DNA from: Amoebidium appalachense
Lineage: Eukaryota > Protista > Ichthyosporea
NCBI GenBank assembly: GCA_963693365.1
Contig: CAVNZM010000018.1
Coordinates: forward strand, 1,049,861 to 1,113,860
Direction: 5' to 3'
Length of the DNA: 64,000 bases
The position numbers were made by a program, and so were the translations under genes. Positions 1 to 14,091 of the stretch are shown in pieces; within the stretch, counting starts at the first letter, position 1; each line of letters starts with the position of its first letter. Below the pieces are notes generated by a model that ran no database searches, was not told the DNA's origin, and worked only from the letters and a program-made list of their open reading frames with translations.

Positions 1-834
1 GTGACATGGTACCGCAAACCAACCGCGCCCCTAAACATCCAATCCGGCAAGCTGAAGCACTTGAATCTTTACGATCGTCCCCAGACCAATCGCCCCCGCA
101 CATCCAAGATTGCATTTCTAGTCAAAGCCCACTTCCTTTCGTCTTTGCGTACCCTGTATGTCGAAAGATTTGGCATGGCGGGGCCGACCACAGCCACGTT
201 CGTCGGTGAAACGAAATTTCTCGGCGAGTTAAGCCTGAGAACAACGAATGTGGGGTTGCATGCGGCACAGCCTGGTGATATCGATTTGCGCAACCTCGAC
301 TGTTTGAAGAGACTGTACTTGGACGATGAGCCCTATGTGTCCCAACTGCTGCTTCCTATGAGTGGAGCTCTGGAACATATGTGTGCGAGCAAGTGCCCAA
401 GATTGCAGATTCGAAGATTCCCGGCCAGTGTCCAGAGAGTGACGTTATGGAGTTGTCCTTTGCCGGCAATCACCGCTTTTTCCGGGTGTGTTTCCTTGGA
501 GTACTATGGAATTAGTCTTTTTCCGGCATGTGACGCAATCAAATATTCAGTGGAAGAGAGTGTGTGGACAGACATCACGCCTTTCGTTCACCTTCCTACC
601 CCTCAGACCCTCATACTTAACATCTGTTTGCCGGATTTGGATTTCCTGCCACTTTTGGCGTGCCCGGTGCTGAAGTCTGTGAGTGGTGACGGTAAATCGG
701 GGCCTGAGGTGAGGAGGTTGCTCGAGGCACGTTGGCAGAACTCTCAGGTAAGAATGGGTTTGATTTTTTTACTAACCCATGGACGATATAGATATGCTCA
801 TAATGACGGATACTATGTGTCAAGTGTTGCCTAG
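1..834 (+). CDS. Intronless leucine-rich-repeat-like ORF, 5'-truncated by the window edge
   Basis: Open 277-codon frame of non-repetitive sequence with degenerate LRR-like motifs (LKHLNLY, LKRLYLD, VQRVTLWSCP, LDFLPLLACPVLKSVS); ends TAG at 832-834. Family assignment is by eye only. Confidence 0.5.
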   Translation: MTWYRKPTAPLNIQSGKLKHLNLYDRPQTNRPRTSKIAFLVKAHFLSSLRTLYVERFGMAGPTTATFVGETKFLGELSLRTTNVGLHAAQPGDIDLRNLDCLKRLYLDDEPYVSQLLLPMSGALEHMCASKCPRLQIRRFPASVQRVTLWSCPLPAITAFSGCVSLEYYGISLFPACDAIKYSVEESVWTDITPFVHLPTPQTLILNICLPDLDFLPLLACPVLKSVSGDGKSGPEVRRLLEARWQNSQVRMGLIFLLTHGRYRYAHNDGYYVSSVA

Positions 835-1304
835 ACATGATAAACTTTGCTGCCATAATATCACATTGTTCCTTAGGCATGAACAAATGGTACTGATGCT
901 ATTGTTCTTAACTCATGTTAGTGTGCTACGGAAATATGGTTGACCATGCGCGCACATTTTGTGTGGGTGATCAGTGGTAGGTGAGGGTGGGATGTGGGGT
1001 GGAACTGTATTTTGTCTGTTTTTGTTTTGTTGTTGCTGGTGTAGGTGTAGGGGGAAGGGTGGGTGGGTGGGTGGGGGGGGGAAGGGTGGGTGGGGGGGGG
1101 GGGGGGGGGGGGGGGGGATAGTTTTTGTATTGAAGTTGGTGACGGATTGGTGGTGTAAGGGGATGGCGTGGGTGGGCGGGATGAAGCGGAGCAAGTGTGT
1201 GTGGGTGGGTGGGTGGATGTTTTTTTTTTTTTTTTTGTTTTTTTGTTGTTGTTTTTTTTTTTGTTTTTGTTTTTTTTTGTTTTTTTTTTTTGGGTGGTGG
1301 TGGT

Positions 1305-1343
<39 letters not shown>

Positions 1344-1345
<2 letters not shown>

Positions 1346-4300
1346 ATTTGTAGCTAGTACTAGATCGCCACACTACTTTGTTCCGAGAGCAAATTTAAAG
1401 ATGCCAGGTTGTTTTTAACTCTGTTTTCCCCAGGGATAGGTGGAGGGTTGACACCACACACGCAGCAAAGAATAACTGGACGGCCATTAATATTTGTTGC
1501 TAGTCATATGAGTATACACCTGCAGGTGCTTTGTATGTACTTATGATGCACACAAACAACCGTAGTAAATACTATACCTCGTTATGTAAGTGTACCGTGA
1601 TGTTCTCACGCTTCATACAAGTTACACACACACAGTAGTGTTCGAAACAGACATGCAGAAAGAACTATTATTGTCATCATATCAGTCGCACGAAATACAA
1701 GGAATTCTTCGTCGTCTTCTTTTCCTTTCTTTCTTTCTTTCTTTTTTTTTTCTATCTTTTTTTTTTTTTTTTTTGGTTTGAGATTTTGTATTTCAGCTTT
1801 CTTAATCCTCGTAGAGCCTTTTCCTTCTCACTCTATAAAAACAGTCTCTCTTTTGTTGTTTTGGTCCCGTGTGCGCGCGTGTGTGGGTCCAGGTGTGTGC
1901 TTGCATGTGTCGGGAGGGTGTTGCATTTGGGTTTTCTCGCATAACTTAACATAGCATGTTTGCGACCTATACCTCTGCTATGCAATATGTGGGTCGTCTG
2001 CAGTAGATCCATGCCGTGATATCGATAATATGAGATCTGCAATATGATGCCATATCAATACCAACAGTTGCCACGTGTACGCCAGGTACGTTTACACAGA
2101 ATCGTAAATATATTTACTCGTGGTTTCACTGTGCGTTGTATGATAATTCATTTACAGTTCCCACATTACAACGTTCTGTCAGGGTTTGGGTTAGTTGTCA
2201 TAGTTTTTATGTTCCTGTTTTAACTTGGGCCAAGGCCTGCAAACGAAATACAGTCTTGTGAGCACATGCTGTGCAAGTGACACGGTCCCCATTTCTTGCA
2301 CCCAATGAGCAGGCATGCCCCTGTGTGGCTGTGGAGTCATATTCAGCAGACACATGTCAACTGCCGTTGGTAGTACACTCATGATACCTCAAATCCCTCA
2401 TATAGATTAATCCCCCCCCCGGGCCCCAACCACCACCACCACACACACACACACTCCGTCCTTTAGCCTTCCCCCCTCCCCCCCCCCCACCACCACCACC
2501 CACCACCCACCCAACCACCAACACACACCCTCCCTCCCCCTCCGTTAGCCCCATCCCTCCCCATCCACTACCACACGTGAGCATGATACAGTAAGCACAC
2601 ACACACACACACACACAAACACGCATGCCGCACGCGCGCACGGCGTGCGCGCGCACACACACACACGCACATGCGCACGCACACACACACACACATGCAT
2701 GCACGCATACACACACCCACGCACGCAGGCACACGCAAGCACAGGGGGTTGATTAGCGAATCACCCCTTGGCCATGCTGGGCTGCCAGCTGTGCAGGCAG
2801 CAATACTGCAGAGAGCTACAGTAGAATGGCCCAACTGGGTGGCTGCTAGGGGCAGGCTGGTTGGTTGCAGCCTGTGCAGGGCACATGCACAGAACAACAG
2901 CTGCTGCCACAGTGTAATCGGCCTTTGAGTTCCACCACCATGCCCAGCAGTGCCTGTGCTGCCTGAGGTATGCCTTGGGGGTGGGCGTACGTGGCTATGG
3001 GGGGGGGGGGGGGGGGGGGGGCACAGGGAGGGTCGAATGGTGGTGGTGGTGCTGCTTGCCCTGAACTATTCATGAGAAGGGGCTGTGATCGGGAGGGAGG
3101 CAAAAACTGGTGCACACCCAAAGCATTTATGTGATGACAGCTGCACAAGCCAACTGCACATGTGCAAGGAAGGTGCTAGAATCATTATGGTGCGTTGTGA
3201 TGTCATAGGTCACGTGCCGTGAATTGCACGCATGCCCCTCCCCTCCCCACTGACTGATGCACATCAGGGTTCGACTTGTACATGTAGCAACTAGCCCCCC
3301 CCCCAACCACCCCCACCCCCCCCCCACCCCCCCGCACACACACCCTTGTACCAACACACACACGACCACCACCACCACCTGTCCACCGCTATCCCCCTCA
3401 CCAATAGACCCAACTATACCCGTCTGTCCCACAGTGCCACCAGAAAGGGCGGGAGGGGGAGGGAGGAGTGGGGAGGGGGGAGGGGGGAGGGGGTTAGAAT
3501 GCGGAACAAGGGCTCGAAGCACACTACACAATGAGAAGCACGGTGCAGGACAAGAAGCAAACATTCAAGTATGCAACATTTCGTGTGCTGGTGGTGGTGG
3601 TGCTGGCTGGTGGTGGTGGTGGTGGTGGTGGGGGGGGGGGGGGGGGGGGAGGGGGGAGGGGGGGGGGGGGAAGGGGGGGGGGGGGGGGGGCAATTTGTAG
3701 CTAGTACTAGATCGCCACACTACTTTGTTCCGAGAGCAAATTTAAAGATGCCAGGTTGTTTTTAACTCTGTTTTCCCCAGGGATAGGTGGAGGGTTGACA
3801 CCACACACGCAGCAAAGAATAACTGGACGGCCATTAATATTTGTTGCTAGTCATATGAGTATACACCTGCAGGTGCTTTGTATGTACTTATGATGCACAC
3901 AAACAACCGTAGTAAATACTATACCTCGTTATGTAAGTGTACCGTGATGTTCTCACGCTTCATACAAGTTACACACACACAGTAGTGTTCGAAACAGACA
4001 TGCAGAAAGAACTATTATTGTCATCATATCAGTCGCACGAAATACAAGGAATTCTTCGTCGTCTTCTTTTCCTTTCTTTCTTTCTTTCTTTTTTTTTTCT
4101 ATCTTTTTTTTTTTTTTTTTTTGGTTTGAGATTTTGTATTTCAGCTTTCTTAATCCTCGTAGAGCCTTTTCCTTCTCACTCTATAAAAACAGTCTCTCTT
4201 TTGTTGTTTTGGTCCCGTGTGCGCGCGTGTGTGGGTCCAGGTGTGTGCTTGCATGTGTCGGGAGGGTGTTGCATTTGGGTTTTCTCGCATAACTTAACAT

Positions 4301-7300
4301 AGCATGTTTGCGACCTATACCTCTGCTATGCAATATGTGGGTCGTCTGCAGTAGATCCATGCCGTGATATCGATAATATGAGATCTGCAATATGATGCCA
4401 TATCAATACCAACAGTTGCCACGTGTACGCCAGGTACGTTTACACAGAATCGTAAATATATTTACTCGTGGTTTCACTGTGCGTTGTATGATAATTCATT
4501 TACAGTTCCCACATTACAACGTTCTGTCAGGGTTTGGGTTAGTTGTCATAGTTTTTATGTTCCTGTTTTAACTTGGGCCAAGGCCTGCAAACGAAATACA
4601 GTCTTGTGAGCACATGCTGTGCAAGTGACACGGTCCCCATTTCTTGCACCCAATGAGCAGGCATGCCCCTGTGTGGCTGTGGAGTCATATTCAGCAGACA
4701 CATGTCAACTGCCGTTGGTAGTACACTCATGATACCTCAAATCCCTCATATAGATTAATCCCCCCCCCCGGGCCCCAACCACCACCACCACACACACACA
4801 CACTCCGTCCTTTAGCCTTCCCCCCCCCCTCCCCCCCCCCCACCACCACCACCCACCACCCACCCAACCACCAACACACACCCTCCCTCCCCCTCCGTTA
4901 GCCCCATCCCTCCCCATCCACTACCACACGTGAGCATGATACAGTAAGCACACACACACACACACACACAAACACGCATGCCGCACGCGCGCACGGCGTG
5001 CGCGCGCACACACACACACGCACATGCGCACGCACACACACACACACATGCATGCACGCATACACACACCCACGCACGCAGGCACACGCAAGCACAGGGG
5101 GTTGATTAGCGAATCACCCCTTGGCCATGCTGGGCTGCCAGCTGTGCAGGCAGCAATACTGCAGAGAGCTACAGTAGAATGGCCCAACTGGGTGGCTGCT
5201 AGGGGCAGGCTGGTTGGTTGCAGCCTGTGCAGGGCACATGCACAGAACAACAGCTGCTGCCACAGTGTAATCGGCCTTTGAGTTCCACCACCATGCCCAG
5301 CAGTGCCTGTGCTGCCTGAGGTATGCCTTGGGGGTGGGCGTACGTGGCTATGGGGGGGGGGGGGGGGGGGGGGGGCACAGGGAGGGTCGAATGGTGGTGG
5401 TGGTGCTGCTTGCCCTGAACTATTCATGAGAAGGGGCTGTGATCGGGAGGGAGGCAAAAACTGGTGCACACCCAAAGCATTTATGTGATGACAGCTGCAC
5501 AAGCCAACTGCACATGTGCAAGGAAGGTGCTAGAATCATTATGGTGCGTTGTGATGTCATAGGTCACGTGCCGTGAATTGCACGCATGCCCCTCCCCTCC
5601 CCACTGACTGATGCACATCAGGGTTCGACTTGTACATGTAGCAACTAGCCCCCCCCCCAACCACCCCCACCCCCCCCACCCCCCCGCACACACACCCTTG
5701 TACCAACACACACACGACCACCACCACCACCTGTCCACCGCTATCCCCCTCACCAATAGACCCAACTATACCCGTCTGTCCCACAGTGCCACCAGAAAGG
5801 GCGGGAGGGGGAGGGAGGAGTGGGGAGGGGGGAGGGGGGAGGGGGTTAGAATGCGGAACAAGGGCTCGAAGCACACTACACAATGAGAAGCACGGTGCAG
5901 GACAAGAAGCAAACATTCAAGTATGCAACATTTCGTGTGCTGGTGGTGGTGGTGCTGGCTGGTGGTGGTGGTGGTGGTGGTGGGGGGGGGGGGGGGGAGG
6001 GGGGGGGGAGGGGGGGGGGAGAGGGGGGGGGGGGGGGGGGGCAATTTGTAGCTAGTACTAGATCGCCACACTACTTTGTTCCGAGAGCAAATTTAAAGAT
6101 GCCAGGTTGTTTTTAACTCTGTTTTCCCCAGGGATAGGTGGAGGGTTGACACCACACACGCAGCAAAGAATAACTGGACGGCCATTAATATTTGTTGCTA
6201 GTCATATGAGTATACACCTGCAGGTGCTTTGTATGTACTTATGATGCACACAAACAACCGTAGTAAATACTATACCTCGTTATGTAAGTGTACCGTGATG
6301 TTCTCACGCTTCATACAAGTTACACACACACAGTAGTGTTCGAAACAGACATGCAGAAAGAACTATTATTGTCATCATATCAGTCGCACGAAATACAAGG
6401 AATTCTTCGTCGTCTTCTTTTCCTTTCTTTCTTTCTTTCTTTTTTTTTTCTATCTTTTTTTTTTTTTTTTTTTGGTTTGAGATTTTGTATTTCAGCTTTC
6501 TTAATCCTCGTAGAGCCTTTTCCTTCTCACTCTATAAAAACAGTCTCTCTTTTGTTGTTTTGGTCCCGTGTGCGCGCGTGTGTGGGTCCAGGTGTGTGCT
6601 TGCATGTGTCGGGAGGGTGTTGCATTTGGGTTTTCTCGCATAACTTAACATAGCATGTTTGCGACCTATACCTCTGCTATGCAATATGTGGGTCGTCTGC
6701 AGTAGATCCATGCCGTGATATCGATAATATGAGATCTGCAATATGATGCCATATCAATACCAACAGTTGCCACGTGTACGCCAGGTACGTTTACACAGAA
6801 TCGTAAATATATTTACTCGTGGTTTCACTGTGCGTTGTATGATAATTCATTTACAGTTCCCACATTACAACGTTCTGTCAGGGTTTGGGTTAGTTGTCAT
6901 AGTTTTTATGTTCCTGTTTTAACTTGGGCCAAGGCCTGCAAACGAAATACAGTCTTGTGAGCACATGCTGTGCAAGTGACACGGTCCCCATTTCTTGCAC
7001 CCAATGAGCAGGCATGCCCCTGTGTGGCTGTGGAGTCATATTCAGCAGACACATGTCAACTGCCGTTGGTAGTACACTCATGATACCTCAAATCCCTCAT
7101 ATAGATTAATCCCCCCCCCCGGGCCCCAACCACCACCACCACACACACACACACTCCGTCCTTTAGCCTTCCCCCCCTCCCCCCCCCCCCACCACCACCA
7201 CCCACCACCCACCCAACCACCAACACACACCCTCCCTCCCCCTCCGTTAGCCCCATCCCTCCCCATCCACTACCACACGTGAGCATGATACAGTAAGCAC

Positions 7301-8385
7301 ACACACACACACACACACAAACACGCATGCCGCACGCGCGCACGGCGTGCGCGCGCACACACACACACGCACATGCGCACGCACACACACACACACATGC
7401 ATGCACGCATACACACACCCACGCACGCAGGCACACGCAAGCACAGGGGGTTGATTAGCGAATCACCCCTTGGCCATGGTGGGCTGCCAGCTGTGCAGGC
7501 AGCAATACTGCAGAGAGCTACAGTAGAATGGCCCAGCTGGGTGGCTGCTAGGGGCAGGCTGGTTGGTTGCAGCCTGTGCAGGGCACATGCACAGAACAAC
7601 AGCTGCTGCCACAGTGTAATCGGCCTTTGAGTTCCACCACCATGCCCAGCAGTGCCTGTGCTGCCTGAGGTATGCCTTGGGGGTGGGCGTACGTGGCTAT
7701 GGGGGGGGGGGGGGGGGGGGGGCACAGGGAGGGTCGAATGGTGGTGGTGGTGCTGCTTGCCCTGAACTATTCATGAGAAGGGGCTGTGATCGGGAGGGAG
7801 GCAAAAACTGGTGCACACCCAAAGCATTTATGTGATGACAGCTGCACAAGCCAACTGCACATGTGCAAGGAAGGTGCTAGAATCATTATGGTGCGTTGTG
7901 ATGTCATAGGTCACGTGCCGTGAATTGCACGCATGCCCCTCCCCTCCCCACTGACTGATGCACATCAGGGTTCGACTTGTACATGTAGCAACTAGCCCCC
8001 CCCCCAACCACCCCCACCCCCCCCGCACACACACCCTTGTACCAACACACACACGACCACCACCACCACCTGTCCACCGCTATCCCCCTCACCAATAGAC
8101 CCAACTATACCCGTCTGTCCCACAGTGCCACCAGAAAGGGCGGGAGGGGGAGGGAGGAGTGGGGAGGGGGGAGGGGGGAGGGGGTTAGAATGCGGAACAA
8201 GGGCTCGAAGCACACTACACAATGAGAAGCACGGTGCAGGACAAGAAGCAAACATTCAAGTATGCAACATTTCGTGTGCTGGTGGTGGTGGTGCTGGCTG
8301 GTGGTGGTGGTGGTGGTGGTGGTGGGGGGGGGGGGGGGGGGGGGGGGGGGAGGGGGGGGGGAAGGGGGGGGGGGGGGGGGGGGGG
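1344..8385. repeat. Tandem triplication of a ~2.35-kb unit
   Basis: Unit start CAATTTGTAGCTAGTACTAGATCGCC recurs at 1344, 3691 and 6042 (spacing 2347 and 2351). Each unit ends in (GGT)n plus poly-G. Copies differ mainly in homopolymer length, plus two substitutions seen in copy 3. Confidence 0.95.
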
Positions 8386-9022
8386 TTAGGAGCAGGGGAA
8401 AGGGCGGGTGCAGTTTCCCACAGTGAGCAACAAATGTCTATTGCACGTGCCTAGACCAATCAGACAACTGCAGTGTGCTTGTTGTGCGTAGTAAACAGAG
8501 AATGGTATGATTTTACTATGACGTATAGTGCCCAACGTTAGCACGAAGTGTGAAGTGTGGGGGGTATGTGCCATGGTAATTACACATTGCCGTCTTCATT
8601 CCCTGCCATGCTCCCACCCTCTATCATCCCTATCCTGCCCGTTCATATGCAGGGTGTCCCATCATAGTAAACAGTTGCACATTTGCAGCACCCAGTGGCC
8701 TATAATACAAGATACTTAATGGCTACGCCATATCGTTATCGCCCAGCCTGGGTGGTGGCGTCACAAAACCGCCACTGACACGTACTGAGACGTTCTGTGA
8801 CTGAGTCCGTCCCTGAAACGGGACACCGCACCCCATCACATCCTCGGAGGTTTGATCCAGGGTGTGATCGGACAAAAGTTGTGACGGGAGCTTCACGTTA
8901 TGAATTGTGCAACCTGACTGGATGGAGATAAATTTGCCCACTCTGATTGGTTGGATGAGCACGTGTTATGGAACGATCCGGCTTAGTCCTTCCCCGGCAC
9001 ACGACAGCATTGTGGCTGTATA

Positions 9023-9053
<31 letters not shown>

Positions 9054-10057
9054 TTTCCCCTCCCTCTCCAATCTGGAACCCCCCTCCCCCTTCTCCATTC
9101 CCCCGGCCTTCTGGTCCTCCCGCCCCCCCCCCTCCATTCCAATCTGAAATTCTCCCCCCACCCCTCTCCACCCCCCCCCCACCTGCACCGGCCTTCTGGT
9201 CCCCCCCCTCTCCCCTCCCCCACGGTAACCTCCCTCCTAATCGACCGATCCCCTCCCTCCCTTCATACACACAATGAGATGTCCACGTGCACATTCTACC
9301 CCCCCCCCCCCCCCCTCTCTCCCCCCCTCCCCCCGGGCATTTCCCCCCGATGTCCATACCAAACCAACTTGAATGCCTCCCCCCCCCCAAAAAAGATCAT
9401 CTTCGTCTTACGGTCGAGTCCACAAACACACCTTGAACACCACCACCCCTCCAACCCCCGGGTCAGGGGCCTACTATCACCCTGCCATCGCCCGCCCCCC
9501 CAACCCCCTTTACAGGCTATCTTCTATTGGTGCCTCCTCCTTTCTCTGCCCTCCCCATCCCCATTCCCCTCCCGCTCTTAAGGAGGAACCCCCTATCGTC
9601 CACATCCTCCCCCCCCCCCCCCCCCCCCCCCAAACATCGCCACTCCTATTCCTCCTGACTCCCCATCTCCTCTCCCAAACATACGTGCCAGCCTCCCCTC
9701 TAGCCCACCACCATCATTATTGCCCCCCCCCCCCCCCCCCCCCCTCCCCCCCTCGGCAGAAGAGAGATTTGCTTGAGGCACATATGACACAAGGGGGGCT
9801 TTGGGGAGGGGGGGGGGGGGGGGCAATTTTTTTTGTTAGTAGGAACACAGCCACACGGAACATTAAAAGCACTCATTTAACCATCATCAAAGGCAGTCCA
9901 ACCAACACATTATTAAAGTCAGCCCAACCACCACATCATAAAGAAAAACTCAACATCGCATCATTAAAGACAGGGCATACAATACCCACTCAAGCAATCA
10001 TCAACAGCTAATCATTCAAAACACCCCCTCCCCCCCCACCCCCCCCTCCGTATAAGG

Positions 10058-11444
10058 CTACCTGCTATGCCACGTAGGGCTTGGTGGGCAGTGTGCCGGT
10101 GCCGTGAGCCGATGGACCTGCGCCAGTTCACTTGCCAGTGCACGTGGCATGCACGTGAGTGCCACCTGACCACGTGCTCTCAGCCGTGCAATCACCACGG
10201 CCGTAACCTCCATGTCCCCCCACCCCTCTGTGGAGAGCCCATCCACGGCCACTATGCTATCCCCCACCCTCACCCCAGCCCTCCCCACGTAGCAGTCCTG
10301 TGCCACGTACAGCACCTCCCCCCCCCCCATACATCATGCCTGCCTGTGCCCTCCCCTCTGCTGCCGGCCCAGCCACCACCAGCCTAGCCCTGGTCAGGGG
10401 CTGGTCGCTGACCTCCAGCTTGAGCTGACACCCCCCCTGCAATATCTCGCATATGGTCTCTGCATCCCACCCCACCAGCCCAGGTGCCTTCTTGTTAATG
10501 CGGTCGATACGGTCACCAGGGGAGAGACCCAGGGCCCATGCCGGGGTGTGTGGGGTCACGTGGGTCACAAACACCTGCCTCCTTAGCACAGACACACTGG
10601 CCCCAAAGGCCTGGCCTGCGTGCTTGCGCATCCTGACGATGCGTCTGATTGGTCGGTAGTCATCTATGTCGTCATCTAGAACCACCGGGCCCTGGGGGGA
10701 GGGGGGGGGGTAAGGGAGGCCTTGGGTTAGGCCACGTGTGTGTTTGATGGGGGGGGGAGGGGGGCCGCCGGGGGGGGGGGAGGGGGGGGGGGGAGGGGGG
10801 AGGGAGGAGGGGGAGGGGGGAGGTAGCGGCGGTGGCTGGGAAGTGACCTGCTGAATCCGACTCTCATTGCTATTAACTGGTTCATAGGAAACTACCCCTA
10901 TAAAACAGCCTACTAAGTGGTGTCTATCATTCTTTCTCTTATGAGTTTTACATTCGACGGTTCATAACCGGACGGGCCACAAATACAACAACTCGAATAT
11001 AATGTTTGCACGTGAATAATAATCTGCTAACCAGAGTACGTTTGTGCACTCTACAGGGTGGTAAATACATAGTGGGCCGCTGTCTTCTTGTAAGGTTGCC
11101 TCGTGGGCAACCTGCTTGATTTTACCTGATGTGGTTTTGCCCACATGCAACGTGCAGGCAGTGTGGTTTATCTAATCAAAGGGGTGAGGATTGGGTGACC
11201 CGAGGGCCAAAAAAAAACACACACCTAGTTTCTTTTGAGTATTCCGCACTACACGTGTCTGCTAAGGCGCCCTTAAGCATACCCATACTCTGTGGCCATG
11301 AGGCTGTGCCCTAGCAATGCAACCCACCACAGAGCAAATAATTCGTGCTTGTGTCTGGTAGTGTGGCCTGCTATCATTTCCAGATTTGCTGCTGCCAGCC
11401 CGCACCCCTTTGCCCTGCCCCCTCATGGCACACACACACACACA

Positions 11445-11487
<43 letters not shown>

Positions 11488-11678
11488 TTGCCTACCTCCT
11501 TGAACTTTGTTCGTGGGTCGTTCATGTCCGCAGGGCCCTTGCATGGCCGTAGCGTGGGCCTAGCCACGTTGATACGCTGCACCCCCATGTGGCCAACAAG
11601 AAACTCGGCCTCCTTTTTGCTTCCTGTCACAAAGCTGGGTGCATACAGGCACCCCGCCACCGTGCCGTAACTCATCAT
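10058..11678 (-). CDS. SDCBP: Syntenin-like tandem-PDZ adaptor (2 exons: 11678-11496, 10691-10058; apparent +1 frameshift in the G11 run at 10318-10328)
   Basis: PDZ1 ...VFVTHVTPHTPAWALGLSPGDRIDRIN...GWDAETICEIL...LEVSDQPLTR and PDZ2 GMMYGGGEVLYVAQDCYVGRAGVRVGDSIVAVDG...VALTCMP parallel syntenin (GLRFGDQVLQING...GWSSDKAH...IRDRPFER...ITIMP). Phase-0 GT-AG join GAG|gtaggc...cag|GGC. The frame is restored if the run is G10. Confidence 0.75.
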
Positions 11679-14053
11679 TTTCGCTGTGTATGCCTGCAGG
11701 CGCCGCAAAACATCATGGGAGCAGGCCTGCTTGCTAACGGTGTTTAATCGCAACGAGAAAAAAAAAGGGAACTTCACGGGAGAAAAATGGGGTTTCATAA
11801 CGTTTCGGCTGCCGAGTGTTGGGGTACCCTTGGTCGGAGCCGCTTCAAATATCTCAACGTAAATGCCTCCTCCCAGTAAATGTCTCCTCCCCAACTGAGC
11901 TGTATGCGACACGTGTGCCGTGTAGGTGTTTTAGCGAGACCTGTGTGTTGTGTTGTGATGTTTGCCACGTGCTGGGTGTAACTGCGGAGCCAAATTTGCT
12001 AGTTTTTGCCAAACCCAAACTGATGCTACCATCATTACGTATACGCTATGTAACATGTGCGAATGACCCTATTATAATCGTACTGCAGCCACATGTGAGC
12101 GTTGTTTTGCGCGCAATATTTGTGTTCTTTTTTTCTGTATGTTGACGCACTATACACTGAGCCAAACTGATCACACACACACACAACGGGAGCTCAAAAC
12201 ACACCGCTCGTATGACCGATGTTTCCTTTTCATTCCACTCCGCATGTGCCAACGGCCAAATTGCACACAATGGCCGGCAAAATCTGCTTCTTTGGACCCT
12301 CCTGTGGCCCAATCACTGATTTGGGCATCTTTGTTTTGCGCACATGTGCAGGTTTGAAACTTTGGCACATTCGTCGATGCATGTTTTTTGCGCTATAATG
12401 AGCAAATTTTTTACAGTTATAAGCTGTTTTCATGCATATTATGGAAAATTCTCTTTTTGCAATGCTGGCGCAAAATTTTGTATGATTACACGACCCATAC
12501 ATTTTCCTCATGTATAAGCATACAACTTTGCATGGGTGCATTTTTATATAAAGACACCATGAATCGATTGGTTTGGGATCATCAATTGTGTGAAAAAACA
12601 AAACGAGCCAATCAAACGGCTCTAGTCGAAGACAGTTTGTTCACCCTACACTTTTTAGATCAACGGAGTGCTCAACACACATCAGTCTACGTTTCGTCAA
12701 CTGATATCCTGACTGATATGACAGCGTTGCTGTCATAATATGCACACATGTAATCCGTAGTTATACTGACATCCTGCGTACCTCATAGCACTCAAAAGTT
12801 TTTATATTGTATTTATATGTTATAAAAAGCAATAATGTTGTGGTTTATTATATGGTTGTTGCAAAAAACAGAACCGGTTCAAAGCTCAACAAAACCAAAC
12901 TTTCAGCCCACGGAACAAGAATCCCCCCAAATGACCGTTGCCTTTGTGCATGAAGCATTTTGATTGGCCATTGTGAATTCGCCTGCTGCGCCGGCAACCA
13001 ATCAGCAGGGACCTATGACTCGATGACGTAGCACGTACCGTGCCGCTCTTGCGGTGCCACGCTTCGCCGAGGGACTGGCTGGTCCGCAGGAGGGTGGTCC
13101 AAAAGGGCATGCACGTGGTGTGCCTGCTTGTGTGCCTTTGTGCACGTATTGCGTGCGTGCGTGTGGCCCACGGCCATCTAGAAACACCAGATGGCCGTGG
13201 TGTGGCCCCGTCTTGCTAGGCGGTGTTTCTAGATGGCCGTGTGCTAGGCACAACTGGGCCAACTGTGAGCCTAGATGCTGTCATGTATGGTATGGGGCAC
13301 AGGTACATGCACATCCTGCGAATGGACAGAGATCTCGAGTGCAGGCCGATGCCCTTCGTTGAGTCACTGGTACCGGTCAGCAAAGCGTAGGGCGTATATA
13401 TAAGACATATGAATTCATGCACATGTTACTATGATAGATGAATCTGGCGCAGCCAACACCCTTACTGGTTCATGTGCTTCATCATCACAGTGCAGGTCAC
13501 ATGAAGGAGTCAAGTTCAAAGGTTCGCCCCACTGTTCTCCCGGTCCTGTCCGGATCCGGTTCGAATTCAACCGAGCATGATACCATGGCCAAGCCTCGTG
13601 CCTTATGCTTGTTTTGTGACTGCTAAACCAGTGTGGCTTCTACTTACGAGCCGGCATGCAGTTCTGTTGCGCGTGTCTGATAAAACTCGCATGCGTGGGT
13701 GTGGCTCGACGACCGGCTGTGCGGTGCTTCTGGGCACACATTGCAATTAAAAAGTGGGTCTGGCCACTGCCAAAACGACAGTTGGTTGCAGCCATGCATA
13801 TGGTTCTAATAGCTCCACAAAATTTCAAGCTTTTGTTGTCGTTACATGAGCCTTTCCATACCCCGGCAGCCCTAAGGAAGCTAAAAGGGATGTGGCAGCC
13901 CAAGCCGGGGGCGGGGAGGCAGCCTGGGCCATGTGTACATTTAGAATGACCGTCATTAATATTGCGGAAGACAGGCGTGCGTCGAGAGAGCCGATTAACT
14001 GGCAACTTAAAATTAAGGGCCTTCTGGGTAGGGAAAGGCCTAGGGTGGGGGGT

Positions 14054-14091
<38 letters not shown>

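Noticed and set aside
2745-2967. Exon-like island in the 2.35-kb repeat unit as a functional coding exon
   Set aside because: Stops occur in all three plus frames between the apparent splice sites, and the minus frames match nothing I recognise.
12260-12595. Transib-like CACAATG...CAATTGTG ends around an AT-rich segment
   Set aside because: The inverted match is only about 6-8 bp and there is no target-site duplication.
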